Shown piece after piece: positions 19,512 through 28,864 of a stretch of DNA of 64,000 nucleotides (positions within the stretch are counted from its first letter, which is position 1; each line of letters begins with the position of its first letter). The notes below the pieces were generated by a model. That model was not told where the DNA came from. It did no database searches and was given only the letters and a program-made list of their open reading frames with translations. The position numbers and the translations under genes were made by a program. The DNA is from an uncultured Nitrososphaerota archaeon. GTDB lineage: Archaea > Thermoproteota > Nitrososphaeria > Nitrososphaerales > Gagatemarchaeaceae. The DNA lies in assembly GCA_963718895.1 (NCBI GenBank), contig CAVRAG010000007.1:448001-512000 (forward strand), in the 5' to 3' direction.

Positions 19512-20339
19512 TCAAGAGACGGTGAAGTACGCTATGGCCGAGGTGCCCCATTCGTCCTCCGCCAGGACCGTGTACGTCCCCTTTGGGAAGCTCGTGAAAC
19601 CGCCGCCGTTCTGGCTCCAATACCCTCCAGCTGTCACTTCGACGGATACTTTCTCGGTCAGGCACGGGCCGGTCCCGCAGGACCCGTAGACCATGGCTGA
19701 GTCATTCATGGGCTGGAAGACGTACCTGGCAATATCGGAGAGCCCTGCGGGACAGCCGAAGGTGGCTCCCGGGTTGACGAGGTCCAGGAACTTGGCTAGG
19801 GTCATGTTGGAGGAAGCATAGTGCCCCTCGGCGATTGCCAGCCCGACGGGGTAGTTACCGGGCCAGCAGGGAGGTCCGTTCAAGCCGTTAAGCGTGAGCG
19901 GCCATTCGTTCGCTGCCGTCAGATTGTTCGTGGTGGCGAGGGTGCTGCGTTCGTCGACGGTGACGCTCACCATGATGCCGCTCGCCGAGGACGATGAGGC
20001 GTTCAGAGAGAGCTGGAGCTGCAGGTTGTTCGCAGAGTCGACGACAGCTTTCGCCGTGTGGGTCGGTTCAGCCGTTACCGAGTAGCTTACGCTCGAGCTA
20101 CTGCTGACCGGCGTGGACGCAGTGGCGAAGGAGATGGAGTAGCCTGTGACGTCCCTCCATGTGCCTCCGACTCCGAAGCCCTCGTATGTCACTGACCCAT
20201 ATCGCAGAAAGTTGCAGCCGTTCGCGGGACAGGCGAATGCTCCCGGAGGGGGCGCATAATAGACAACAGGGACGAGGAACAGGAAGGCAAGGATGAATGC
20301 GATAGCAGCTCCAACAGCGACCTTTCGATTCACCTTCAT
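19512..20339 (-). CDS. Cargo: membrane-anchored surface protein (two-module chimera)
   Basis: N-module LFLVPVV..CP..C..SVTY like 25934-26221; C-module NNLTAANEW, YPVGLA, YTVLAEDEWG like 16833-18026. Confidence 0.8.
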   Translation of the reverse strand: MKVNRKVAVGAAIAFILAFLFLVPVVYYAPPPGAFACPANGCNFLRYGSVTYEGFGVGGTWRDVTGYSISFATASTPVSSSSSVSYSVTAEPTHTAKAVVDSANNLQLQLSLNASSSSASGIMVSVTVDERSTLATTNNLTAANEWPLTLNGLNGPPCWPGNYPVGLAIAEGHYASSNMTLAKFLDLVNPGATFGCPAGLSDIARYVFQPMNDSAMVYGSCGTGPCLTEKVSVEVTAGGYWSQNGGGFTSFPKGTYTVLAEDEWGTSAIAYFTVS

Positions 20340-20380
20340 ACTACTGTCCTCATCCCAGAATAGAGGTCATGATAGGTCGA

Positions 20381-20406
20381 TTCCTGATTAATAGTTTTGT
20401 CCGAAC
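20381..20406 (-). repeat. Repeated site, copy 3 (gttcggacaaaactattaatcaggaa)
   Basis: Inverted relative to copy 1 and direct relative to copy 2; upstream of cargo 19512-20339. Confidence 0.85.
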
Positions 20407-20476
20407 GCCCAATTCATCGATGAGTGACAATGCCGTCGGAGTTCCCGCGTTATAAGCCGCCATACTCCTACATCGC

Positions 20477-22858
20477 GTGTCCCGCACAATCGACGACGAG
20501 GAGATGATATTCCACGCGCTCTTCATCGGCTCAACCGGCGCTGGAAAGACGAACGCGATGCTGTTCTGGCTGCGCAGGCTCTTCTCCAACAGGAAGGACG
20601 TCGCTCTCGTCCTCATCGACCCCCACGGGGATGCCGCCGTCGATCTCGTGCGCCTCATCCCGAAGTCTGAGAGGGAGAGGATCACGATACTCGACCCGAC
20701 CTACGTATCGTTCGGGCTGAACCCGCTCTCGCTCCCAGCCAGTATCGATGGTTTGAACAGAGTCCAGATACTCCAGACCCAAGTGGAGGAGCTCTCCGCC
20801 CTCCTCTCCGACGTCTTCAACACCGACGCGGCCACCGCCCCTAGGCTGATGTGGGTCTTCAAGGGCGCCCTCTACTACCTCTACACTCTCGACGACAACC
20901 CCACCTTCAGGGACCTCTACCGCATCCTCGTAGACTTCATCTCGATGCCTCGGTCGGAGATCGAGTGGATGCTCAGGAGCAGGGAGCTGGAGGACGAGAT
21001 AATCAGGAGCACCATAGACGCCATCTCCAAGCTCCCCAAGGACGCATTCGCGCCGGTCGTCAACAGGATATCGAACTTCGTCCTCCCTCCTCAGTCGATA
21101 ACCTCCAGGACGTTCTGCTCGAGGACGAGCAAGCTCGACTTCGACGAGATGATGGTCCCGGGAAGGCTCACGATATTCAGGATAACAAAGACGCTCCCCT
21201 ACGATTTCCGGAGGCTGATCTCCGCTTCCATCGCGATGAGGTTCTACTTCACGGTGGAAAAGAGGGCGGCCAGGCTCGAGCGGGAGGGCGAGCCTCCTTC
21301 GGCGCGGACCCCGGTCGTGCTTGCGGTCGACGAGTTCCAGAACATCAGCGACCTGAAGCTGCTCGACACGATCCTCTCGGAGTCGAGGAAGTACGGCCTC
21401 TACCTGTGGATGGTTAACCAGAACATCCAGCAGATACGGCCGGAGCTCTTCAGCTCGGTGAGCGGCAACGTCGGCCCCGTCTACGCATTCAGGGTGGGGC
21501 CTGACGACGCATCGAAGATATCCGAGCTGATCTCGCCCGAAAGGAAGGATGAGGTCAGGAACGCCCTCATCTCGCTCCCGGACTACTCCTGCGTGGTGAG
21601 GAAGAGGCCCCACGGGGAGGACGTCGCTGGCAAGCCCTTGCTGCTGGAGCCGTTCCCGAGGGTGGGCGAGTGCCTGTGCGGCACGAAGGAGGTCATCGAC
21701 TACATGAAGAAGGAGGTGGAGGATAGGTATGGCGGCGCCCACGAGGCGACGGACCTGGTCTACAAGAGCCCCGGGGAGGAGATCGCGGGAAAGTCAAGCT
21801 CGAGGGTCCCGTTCACGCCGGTAACCTGGAGGATACTGACGGCCGGCTACCTCAAGCTCATGTCCGACGCCTATCCGCTCGAGTTCTCCCGCATCCGGAC
21901 CGAGTTCTTCGCGAAGCACTCGTGGCGGACCTCGGACGTACAGGAGGCCCTCAACGCCCTGGTCAACAGGGGGTTCCTCACCCAGACCTTCGCCCGTCAG
22001 GAGTACGTCATGAAGGGGAAGGACGTGAACGGCAACCCGGTCATGCTCCCGCCCGACCCCTCCGTGGCGGACCAGATGGAGAGGACGAAGACGGTAATCT
22101 ACAACCTGACGCCGCTCGCACTGGAGTACCTCCAGATGAGGGTCGGGTCGTCGAAGGCGGGGGACCCGAAGCACCTGCGGGTGATAGAAAAGCTGCTGAA
22201 GCAGGAGTACTGGACGATGGGATACTTCACCGTAGTTGACTGGGGCGAGGGCAGCGGCGGCAAGCCCGACATAGCGGTGCTGAAGCCGTGCGTGAGGGAG
22301 GTCAGGGACAGGGACGGGAACGAGCTGCGGATGCCCGACCCATACTACTGGGACTATTCGTCAAAGATCGCGGTGGAGGTCGAGATGGCTCCTCAGAAGA
22401 ACGGGGAGCAGGTCCAGAAGAACTACCGCAAGAACGCGGAGGTCTACGCCTCCATCAGGTTCGTCGTGACTTCCGACATCAACGCCAAGCAGCTACAGGA
22501 GATTCTCAGCGAGGACGTCAAGGCCGACCCCGAGAAGTACAGGATAGACAAGATCGAGTTCGAGAGCCTGAACGAAGTGGAACCGGCCAAGAGCGAGGAA
22601 CCAGCAAGCCCGCAGGTGCAGGTTCTTGAGCCTCTGGGACCGGCTGAAGAGATAGTGCTCTCCCTAGTCCTATCAGGCGGGTACACCAGCAGGGAGGAGA
22701 TCGCGAAGAAATGCAGTGATGCGGGGCTCGACGTGGGTGAGAGGTCGGTCTCCCGGTACCTCAGGAATCTGACCGAGAGAGGGCTCCTGAGGAGGGTCGG
22801 GAACGGTTACGAGCCGACGGAACTGTCGAGGAAGCTGTCTCGTCAGGATACTCTCTGA
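20477..22858 (+). CDS. VirD4/TraD/HerA-superfamily ATPase fused to putative PD-(D/E)XK and winged-helix domains
   Basis: Walker A GSTGAGKT, IDPHGD, Walker B LAVDEFQN, ESRKYG; KPDIAV..IAVEVE; C-terminal RSVSRYLRNLTERGLL. Confidence 0.88.
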   Translation: MSRTIDDEEMIFHALFIGSTGAGKTNAMLFWLRRLFSNRKDVALVLIDPHGDAAVDLVRLIPKSERERITILDPTYVSFGLNPLSLPASIDGLNRVQILQTQVEELSALLSDVFNTDAATAPRLMWVFKGALYYLYTLDDNPTFRDLYRILVDFISMPRSEIEWMLRSRELEDEIIRSTIDAISKLPKDAFAPVVNRISNFVLPPQSITSRTFCSRTSKLDFDEMMVPGRLTIFRITKTLPYDFRRLISASIAMRFYFTVEKRAARLEREGEPPSARTPVVLAVDEFQNISDLKLLDTILSESRKYGLYLWMVNQNIQQIRPELFSSVSGNVGPVYAFRVGPDDASKISELISPERKDEVRNALISLPDYSCVVRKRPHGEDVAGKPLLLEPFPRVGECLCGTKEVIDYMKKEVEDRYGGAHEATDLVYKSPGEEIAGKSSSRVPFTPVTWRILTAGYLKLMSDAYPLEFSRIRTEFFAKHSWRTSDVQEALNALVNRGFLTQTFARQEYVMKGKDVNGNPVMLPPDPSVADQMERTKTVIYNLTPLALEYLQMRVGSSKAGDPKHLRVIEKLLKQEYWTMGYFTVVDWGEGSGGKPDIAVLKPCVREVRDRDGNELRMPDPYYWDYSSKIAVEVEMAPQKNGEQVQKNYRKNAEVYASIRFVVTSDINAKQLQEILSEDVKADPEKYRIDKIEFESLNEVEPAKSEEPASPQVQVLEPLGPAEEIVLSLVLSGGYTSREEIAKKCSDAGLDVGERSVSRYLRNLTERGLLRRVGNGYEPTELSRKLSRQDTL

Positions 22859-23127
22859 GCGCCTGCCATGACTGCTTTGGACAGCGATTCAAGACTCGGT
22901 ACCGCGCGGGTGAGTTTGTAACAAATTGGTGATGTCCGGTCCAAAGTCAAAATCCTTCCCCGCGTTTTCTGGTATAAAGACACCCGTCTTCGAATCAGGA
23001 ATCCGTCTTTTTTCAATAGAATCCCTATGGAATCAGCTCATAAGAACAAGGATGCATCAAGTAACCTTTCATGTGTTTCTCGAATTCGTGTGAGAGTCAT
23101 CATACTGCTTTGAGGCGCGATTCCAGG

Positions 23128-23658
23128 TTAACAGTAAGCCACGAGGAGCCCGTCTTCGACCGTGATTCGAGGTTCTACTCCTGTCGCGGCTTTGATCATC
23201 CCCGCAATGTAGTACTTGAGAAACGCAGACCATTTTGGTCCGTGAACGTGCTCAAACATCAGCCTCCGACTCGGGCCACTCCGAGAAGAGCTAAAAATAT
23301 ACCAGCCTGAGAACGAGCCGAGTGGTTCGAAACAATGCTCAATCAAATTGTCTAGATTGTACTCGATGTTCAGGAAAGAGAATGTTTTCTTTATGATGTG
23401 CGGACCAAGTTCTTTGCCGACTCTTTCCATTCGTTCCTCGGTCGTGCTATCCAGCATTGCAGCAAACAATTGCTGATTCAGCGGTATTGCCCGGAGGTGT
23501 TCGGTAATTCTGTCAAAAGAATCATGCTTTTCGAGGGTTGCGTTAACCAGCGCATTGATGTTGGTCTTGTGATGCTTTGCTTCTTCCGCGAGTCGATCCT
23601 TCAGGCGCTGGCGTATGCGGATGCTGACATAAACAAACTTGTCATTCGAATTCTCCAC
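23128..23658 (-). CDS. Ribbon-helix-helix domain protein
   Basis: VSIRIRQRLKDRLAEEAKHHKTNINALVN; AT-rich. Confidence 0.65.
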   Translation of the reverse strand: MENSNDKFVYVSIRIRQRLKDRLAEEAKHHKTNINALVNATLEKHDSFDRITEHLRAIPLNQQLFAAMLDSTTEERMERVGKELGPHIIKKTFSFLNIEYNLDNLIEHCFEPLGSFSGWYIFSSSRSGPSRRLMFEHVHGPKWSAFLKYYIAGMIKAATGVEPRITVEDGLLVAYC

Positions 23659-23811
23659 GGACTCCTCATCGCCGGACTATGTATAGTCTAACTGGTTATT
23701 TGAGGATTGGTATGAATTTCATCCTTGGCAACGCCCTCTTCGTTTTCGTCTAGGGTAGGGGAAGGGCCTTCCCTTCGAAGATGCCGCCAAGCAACCGGCT
23801 ACTAGTTCCGC

Positions 23812-24205
23812 CTACGGTTCCTCTCTGGCAGCCCTGACCGCCTCAAATACAGCAACACCCAGCGCAATAATCATGACAGTCTGAGCAAACCGTTCGGCAT
23901 TGATCATGTCATTGCCAAATATCACGAATTCAACCAAGAGAGCGAGTCCAAAGAATACCACGTAGGCAACTTGGTATGGTATGGCCATCCTTCTCACTCT
24001 GATCATGTTCTCCAAGATAACCCTGTCAACAACGTACCCGCCGCCTTCTTCCTTGACGAGTCCGCCGTGGAGGAGTTTCTTGACGTGATAATCGGCGAGG
24101 GAAGGGGAGCTTTAGGCTCACGGCCCTCTGCATCTCCCGCGTGTTCTTTTGGCTCCCAGCCTTGAACAGAAAGCGGTAGACCTTCAGCGTCGTACCCTTG
24201 AGCAC
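23812..24205 (-). CDS. Winged-helix protein with two C-terminal TM helices, frameshifted near 24112
   Basis: Joined frames read VLKGTTLKVYRFL..TREMQRAVSLSSPSLADYHVKKLLHGGLV..then hydrophobic helices. Confidence 0.65.
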
Positions 24206-24229
24206 TCAAGCTTCGGCACCTAGACCCCG

Positions 24230-24500
24230 GAAGACATTAACTCAACCGGCTTCCAAATGCGTCCCGAGGCACGAGGTCCCTGCCTACTCCACCATCTGGG
24301 AGAGGACCAAACAGCTTGATTTGGCCCTGGATGGGGCGAGGACAGACCAGCCCATCTACATCGCCCTCGACTCGTCGGGGACCTTCGGCGAATAGGTATC
24401 GGCCAAGAAGTTCGTGAACATGGCCAAGGAGATGGGCCCCCAAGGTCTCGATCTACAACATGTTCATGCGGATGACCCCTCACGGCGGAGGTAATTGCCG
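24230..24500 (+). pseudogene. Internally deleted IS5-family transposase remnant
   Basis: PAYSTIWER..IYIALDSSG joined directly to FGE*VSAKKFVNMAKEM..IYN. Confidence 0.55.
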
Positions 24501-24541
24501 AACACAACACAGGGGACGCAAGGCTTTTAATTGCTAAAGCC

Positions 24542-25051
24542 GTGATTACAAGATCGATGCCAGATCTCCGGTCGCCGAAAGTCCGCAATGGGCTCATTGC
24601 CGGAATCGTAATATTGGTGCTCGTATTCTCCGTCGCCTACTACGCTAGACTAGAGCCGTTTCGAAGTAATTCAACATCCTCAACATCAGAGACTTCGCTC
24701 AATACCAATATTACTAATCACCTCTACTATTCGGTCTCTATCAATTACAGCGGCTCTTGGAACCTTGTTTATTGGGGTGAAAATGGAACGGTACCACAAA
24801 ACAGTAGCACAATACCTGGGCAGCCGCAATGGCAATACAACGTCAAGGGAGATTTGAACGGTTCAGGAAATTACGAGGCAAAGATAACGACCTACGGAGT
24901 CGGTTATGGGGCGAATGCGCTCTGCGCAAAGGCAACAAAACTGGATTCGCAGAATCTCACATTGACCCTGACCGTCTTGACTCCGCAGCTCACTAGCAGC
25001 ACCACCCCTTCCAATCCATCGGTCGAGGTTTGCGCTACCTACGGAGGATGA
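24542..25051 (+). CDS. Cargo: single-TM anchored S/T/N-rich surface protein
   Basis: TM LIAGIVILVLVFSVAYYA; N-glycosylation sequons; YSVSINYSGSW. Confidence 0.7.
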   Translation: MITRSMPDLRSPKVRNGLIAGIVILVLVFSVAYYARLEPFRSNSTSSTSETSLNTNITNHLYYSVSINYSGSWNLVYWGENGTVPQNSSTIPGQPQWQYNVKGDLNGSGNYEAKITTYGVGYGANALCAKATKLDSQNLTLTLTVLTPQLTSSTTPSNPSVEVCATYGG

Positions 25052-25169
25052 CTCTCAAGATGCGTTAGCCTTGAAGAGAAGGTAGAAGAAGACCAAATCT
25101 CACATTGTGCATACGGGGCCGGCAGGCGAGAGGATTGATCGAAACGCACTTCTCCGCAATTCGGATTCT

Positions 25170-25407
25170 CTATGGCAGCGAGTATGCCACAGCGAGCTCC
25201 GCCCAATCGTCACCGCTCGGTGCTGCCCACGGAGCCGTCGTGGAACCGTATGTCCAGCCTGGACCGAACTCGGCGGCAGCGTACCAACCGGTACTGCTGC
25301 CCATCATGTAATAGTACTGACCGGTCTGCCAACCACCGCCGGTCCTAGCCGCCTTAGGGTACAGCCTGCCCCTGATCCACTTTCTGTATAGGATTGTTGC
25401 GCACAAA
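25170..25407 (-). pseudogene. Chimera: 5' copy of gene 19239-19481 fused to an unrelated G/Y/W-rich tail
   Basis: 25338-25407 aligns ungapped to 19407-19476, including an exact 18-mer. Confidence 0.6.
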
Positions 25408-25603
25408 GTGAACTCTGTTGCGGCAGTCCAGATAAGCGCCCCTCATGTTATAGAAATAGGGTTCTGATTGATGGTTTACGTTGGCGTTGTCGTGGCTAGG
25501 ATGCCGAGTTTGGCGCATCGAGGCATGAAGTTCAGGGAATCGGGGCCAAACCATCCTACCTGAGGGAATTGCCTGAAATGGTAACGTAGCCCGGGCCTGT
25601 TTT

Positions 25604-25909
25604 CTACCCGTCAGTTGTGCTGACGACAACGATTCCGGAGCTAGCCGCAACGTAAAGGTCATGGTTTGAAGGGTCGTACACGAGCGATGAAGCACCCGGT
25701 ACGTTGATGCTAAGCAGCTCTGCGTTGGTCGCCCCATTGACGGCAACGACAGTTCCGCAGGCTGACATGAACGAGATTCCCCTCACTGAATCGTAGGCGA
25801 AGCCGTCGAACTCGCTTCCCGTTCCGCCCGAGCAGGGGACGGTAAAGTTCCCGACCATCGTCGTACCGTTGATCTCGGTGTTGTACCCGTAGGTGATCCA
25901 CCACGTCAT
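25604..25909 (-). CDS. Beta-propeller (YncE-like) fragment
   Basis: FAYDS..GTVVAVNGATN..LVYDPSNHDLYVA. Confidence 0.55.
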   Translation of the reverse strand: MTWWITYGYNTEINGTTMVGNFTVPCSGGTGSEFDGFAYDSVRGISFMSACGTVVAVNGATNAELLSINVPGASSLVYDPSNHDLYVAASSGIVVVSTTDG

Positions 25910-25933
25910 GGAAACCGGCGTTCAAAGAAGCCA

Positions 25934-26221
25934 CTACACGCCTGGTGCGCAGATCCACTCGTTTGCGGCTACGCTGCAGTCATGCGTCGATATCCAATAC
26001 TGCGCAGGGGTATTAGTCATCCATACTAGCACGGCTCCCCTGCTGACCAAGAAGTAGGTCACAGACACATGAGCGACGGGGGTAAAAACGAGGCCTCCTG
26101 GGCAATCCGGACAATAATAGTAGTGAATCTTCTCCGGAACGACGGGGGCGAGAAACAGCAGCGCGCCCAATCCGACGATGAGTAGCGCCATCGCCCCAGC
26201 CTTCTTCAGCGAAATCATCAT
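25934..26221 (-). CDS. Cargo: small membrane-anchored Cys-containing protein
   Basis: LLFLAPVV..CPDC..SVTYFL, similar to the N-module of 19512-20339. Confidence 0.6.
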   Translation of the reverse strand: MMISLKKAGAMALLIVGLGALLFLAPVVPEKIHYYYCPDCPGGLVFTPVAHVSVTYFLVSRGAVLVWMTNTPAQYWISTHDCSVAANEWICAPGV

Positions 26222-26310
26222 CGCGCAAGGAGAAGGGCGAGGAGTTTAGTCTTTCACATATCATTCTGGGAAATGTTGATATGTTGAGGAAGCGGGTTTC
26301 GCCATGACTT

Positions 26311-26854
26311 GTGAAACCCCGCACCATCTTCCTCTGCCTGCTGCTTGCCTTTGCCTCTCTCGAGACAGCAGTCGCCGTCATAGGCGCCTTCGCACCCGGC
26401 ACGGCCGCCCTTGGCAGCACGATGGGACTGAACGGATTACATGCGCCGACCAACCCCGCGTTTCGCTACTCTGTTCCTCTCGCGGCGGGGGGATGGATCG
26501 CGGTCGGCGCCATCCTTTTTCAGGGCCGGATAGCCAGCGGCTTCAGGCGCTCGCGGGTCAAGAGTCTCTTCGCGAGCAGGGGGTTCGGACCTGATGTCTA
26601 CGATCTCATCGATCACGATGCGCGGCGGAGGCTCCAGGATAACGCTCCTCGAGAACATGGAGACCCCGAAGAACAGGCTCGAGCTCTCCGAGCTGACCGG
26701 AATCGACTGGAGGGAGGTCGACAGGGAGGTCTCTATACTCGAGAAGTACGGGCTGGTGAAGATCTACGCGCAAACAGGGACCGTGAAGATGTACCAGGTG
26801 ACGGAGCAGGGCAAGCTGCTGATGAATCTGGTTGGAGAATTGAACGGCAAGTGA
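26311..26854 (+). CDS. Membrane-tethered winged-helix (ArsR-like) regulator, frameshifted near 26610
   Basis: Two TM helices, then MRGGGSRITLL..NRLELSELTGIDWREVDREVSILEKYGLV. Confidence 0.65.
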
Positions 26855-27579
26855 CGCGTCTTGGCTCGAGGAAGTTGCCCAGGCCCACCATCGGCATAAT
26901 CGGGGCGACCCTGCTGGTCATAATAGGTTTCGCCGTCTACTTCGCTGGGCGGTACCTTGGATTATCTCATGCCAAACCTAAAATAGTTTTGCGGCGCAAA
27001 TCTCCAGCGAAGCCTATTCAATTGCGTGGCTCTAAGATGACAGGAACAAGCTCGGGTAGGGCAGCCCTGGTTCTCATGTTAATCCTGGTCTTCGCCGTCG
27101 TTTCGTATGTACTTCTGGGCCCCGATTCCTCAGGAGGTGGTCCACCAGTAGGGGAATCTACTAGTGCCCCGACAACCAGCTCCACCACTACCTCCGCAAC
27201 AACCCATACTAAGAGTTCTGCCACGCAAAGTCAGACAACTTCTCCCGGTTCAGCCATTAATGCAGGAGGGACCAGTGGTCCACTGGGTGGATCATTCCCA
27301 AAAGAGGGCTCTTTCGAAGTGACCCTAAACTCTAGTATGTACGCTGAATTAGTCTGGAATGCGACTGGTATCATCGATGTGCATCTCTATAATACGACTG
27401 GAGGACAGGCATTCTCGAATACTGGACAGCAGTCTGGAAATTACACTTTCTGTGTTCCCACGACAGGCAGCTATGACATCAAGTTTCAAGATCCCAATGT
27501 CTTGAACAACGCGCCTGTTATCCAATCGAGCGTGTATGTGTATGAAATCAAAGGCGGCGCATGCTCCCCTTCACCATGA
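26851..27579 (+). CDS. Membrane-anchored Thr/Ser-rich surface protein (start may instead be ATG 27038)
   Basis: Hydrophobic helices, T/S linker, beta-rich C-domain. Confidence 0.6.
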   Translation: MTRLGSRKLPRPTIGIIGATLLVIIGFAVYFAGRYLGLSHAKPKIVLRRKSPAKPIQLRGSKMTGTSSGRAALVLMLILVFAVVSYVLLGPDSSGGGPPVGESTSAPTTSSTTTSATTHTKSSATQSQTTSPGSAINAGGTSGPLGGSFPKEGSFEVTLNSSMYAELVWNATGIIDVHLYNTTGGQAFSNTGQQSGNYTFCVPTTGSYDIKFQDPNVLNNAPVIQSSVYVYEIKGGACSPSP

Positions 27580-27597
27580 GGCGATTGGTGCATTTCA

Positions 27598-28863
27598 GTG
27601 AAAGCGACAAAGCAAAGGCATGATTCAGTAGACCTAGCATGGAAGCGAGTCTTCCGTGAGGCGGGCTGGTCGCTCGTTATTGTGGTCGTCCTGACATCGG
27701 GCCTGGTGGCTTGGATACTGATACCTTCGGTGGCGACAAGCCTGGAGACCGGGGTTGACGCCTACTCGAACAGCGTGGGGACCTACATTGTGGTCAATAC
27801 TGGTGGTGGTCGGTGCGTACCGGCTTTCGGAGGATGCGCCTCTCTGCTGCCTCAGAATGTCACGGATGCCATCGCCAGAATCCCGGGGGTAGAGAAGACG
27901 TACCCGATAATCCTCAATCTCACCACACTATACGTAAGGAATTCTACTGGTCAGGTCACGATGTACGAAGGCGAGACCAGCGCCCTGCTCGGCGGTCCGA
28001 AGGGCTTTCCACCAAGCCTCTTGGTTCTTGCCGCAGGAAGATATCCGAGTAACGCACCCGAGTTCGACATAAACAGGGCGCCGAACGTTCAGTTGAACGC
28101 CACAGAGGAGGTGGACATCGCATGCCAGTTCTGCCTCCACCCGGCCCAATCCCACGGAAACGTAACGGACCCCTTTGAAGCGACTGCTGTGGGGTCGCTC
28201 GCGCTCAATCCTCTGTTCGCCAATGTCTTCATTCTCTGGAACTCAACACTGATGCTTCACAAACTCGGCCCTACATTGTACAGGCAGACGTGGGATGGGA
28301 ATGGAAGCAACTACATCATAGTGAAGGTCGATAGCGTCGCTGACGTCCCACGCGTTGTCAACGCGACCCAGCAGCTTATCCAGCCACCCCAGTACGGCCT
28401 CTTCACCGTAGTCTATAACCAGGCGTTGTCTCAGAGCCTGCAGTCGTTAACCTCTCAGACCGCGCCGCTGTACGAGCTCATCGGGGCCGTTTCGCTCATC
28501 GCAGTAGCAGGAGTCTCGTTTCTGGTGTCGCTCTTGATTGCCAGAAGAAGGGACTGGGAGGCGGGCGTCTACCTCACGCAGGGCTGGAGTTGGAGAGAAG
28601 TGTACACCCTGTACTCTGCCTACTTCCTCTTCCTCTCGCTGGCCTCTTTCGCCATCGCGGCCGTCTTGTCGACGTTCGCCAGTCGCTACTTCACCGCCAC
28701 ATACAACGTGTATGGCACCTTCACCACCTTCACTGCGGCGGTCGTTCCTCTCTACCTGATCAGCGGCCTCGCATTCGCCATCGTGCTGGCCTTCCTTTCA
28801 TCATACATCATCGTCAGGAGGCAGAAGCGGATGGGACTTGACGATATCGTGAGGGAGTACTAG
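27598..28863 (+). CDS. MacB/FtsX-type ABC transporter permease
   Basis: TM1, large external domain (IARIPGVEK), IIVKVDSVADV, RRDWEAG..QGW, three C-terminal TMs. Confidence 0.85.
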   Translation: MKATKQRHDSVDLAWKRVFREAGWSLVIVVVLTSGLVAWILIPSVATSLETGVDAYSNSVGTYIVVNTGGGRCVPAFGGCASLLPQNVTDAIARIPGVEKTYPIILNLTTLYVRNSTGQVTMYEGETSALLGGPKGFPPSLLVLAAGRYPSNAPEFDINRAPNVQLNATEEVDIACQFCLHPAQSHGNVTDPFEATAVGSLALNPLFANVFILWNSTLMLHKLGPTLYRQTWDGNGSNYIIVKVDSVADVPRVVNATQQLIQPPQYGLFTVVYNQALSQSLQSLTSQTAPLYELIGAVSLIAVAGVSFLVSLLIARRRDWEAGVYLTQGWSWREVYTLYSAYFLFLSLASFAIAAVLSTFASRYFTATYNVYGTFTTFTAAVVPLYLISGLAFAIVLAFLSSYIIVRRQKRMGLDDIVREY

Positions 28864-28864
28864 A

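Noticed and set aside
15950-20406. The 26-bp inverted repeats as ends of a classical DDE transposon
   Set aside because: No target-site duplication, no transposase inside, and a third internal copy.
25430-25440. 11-bp match (agataagcgcc) to the att junction at 35267-35277, as a possible secondary att
   Set aside because: Falls in the promoter region homologous to 19490-19510 and is short enough to be chance.
26311-27579. Single 422-aa ORF
   Set aside because: Artefactual fusion caused by a frameshift near 26610; the wHTH is in another frame.
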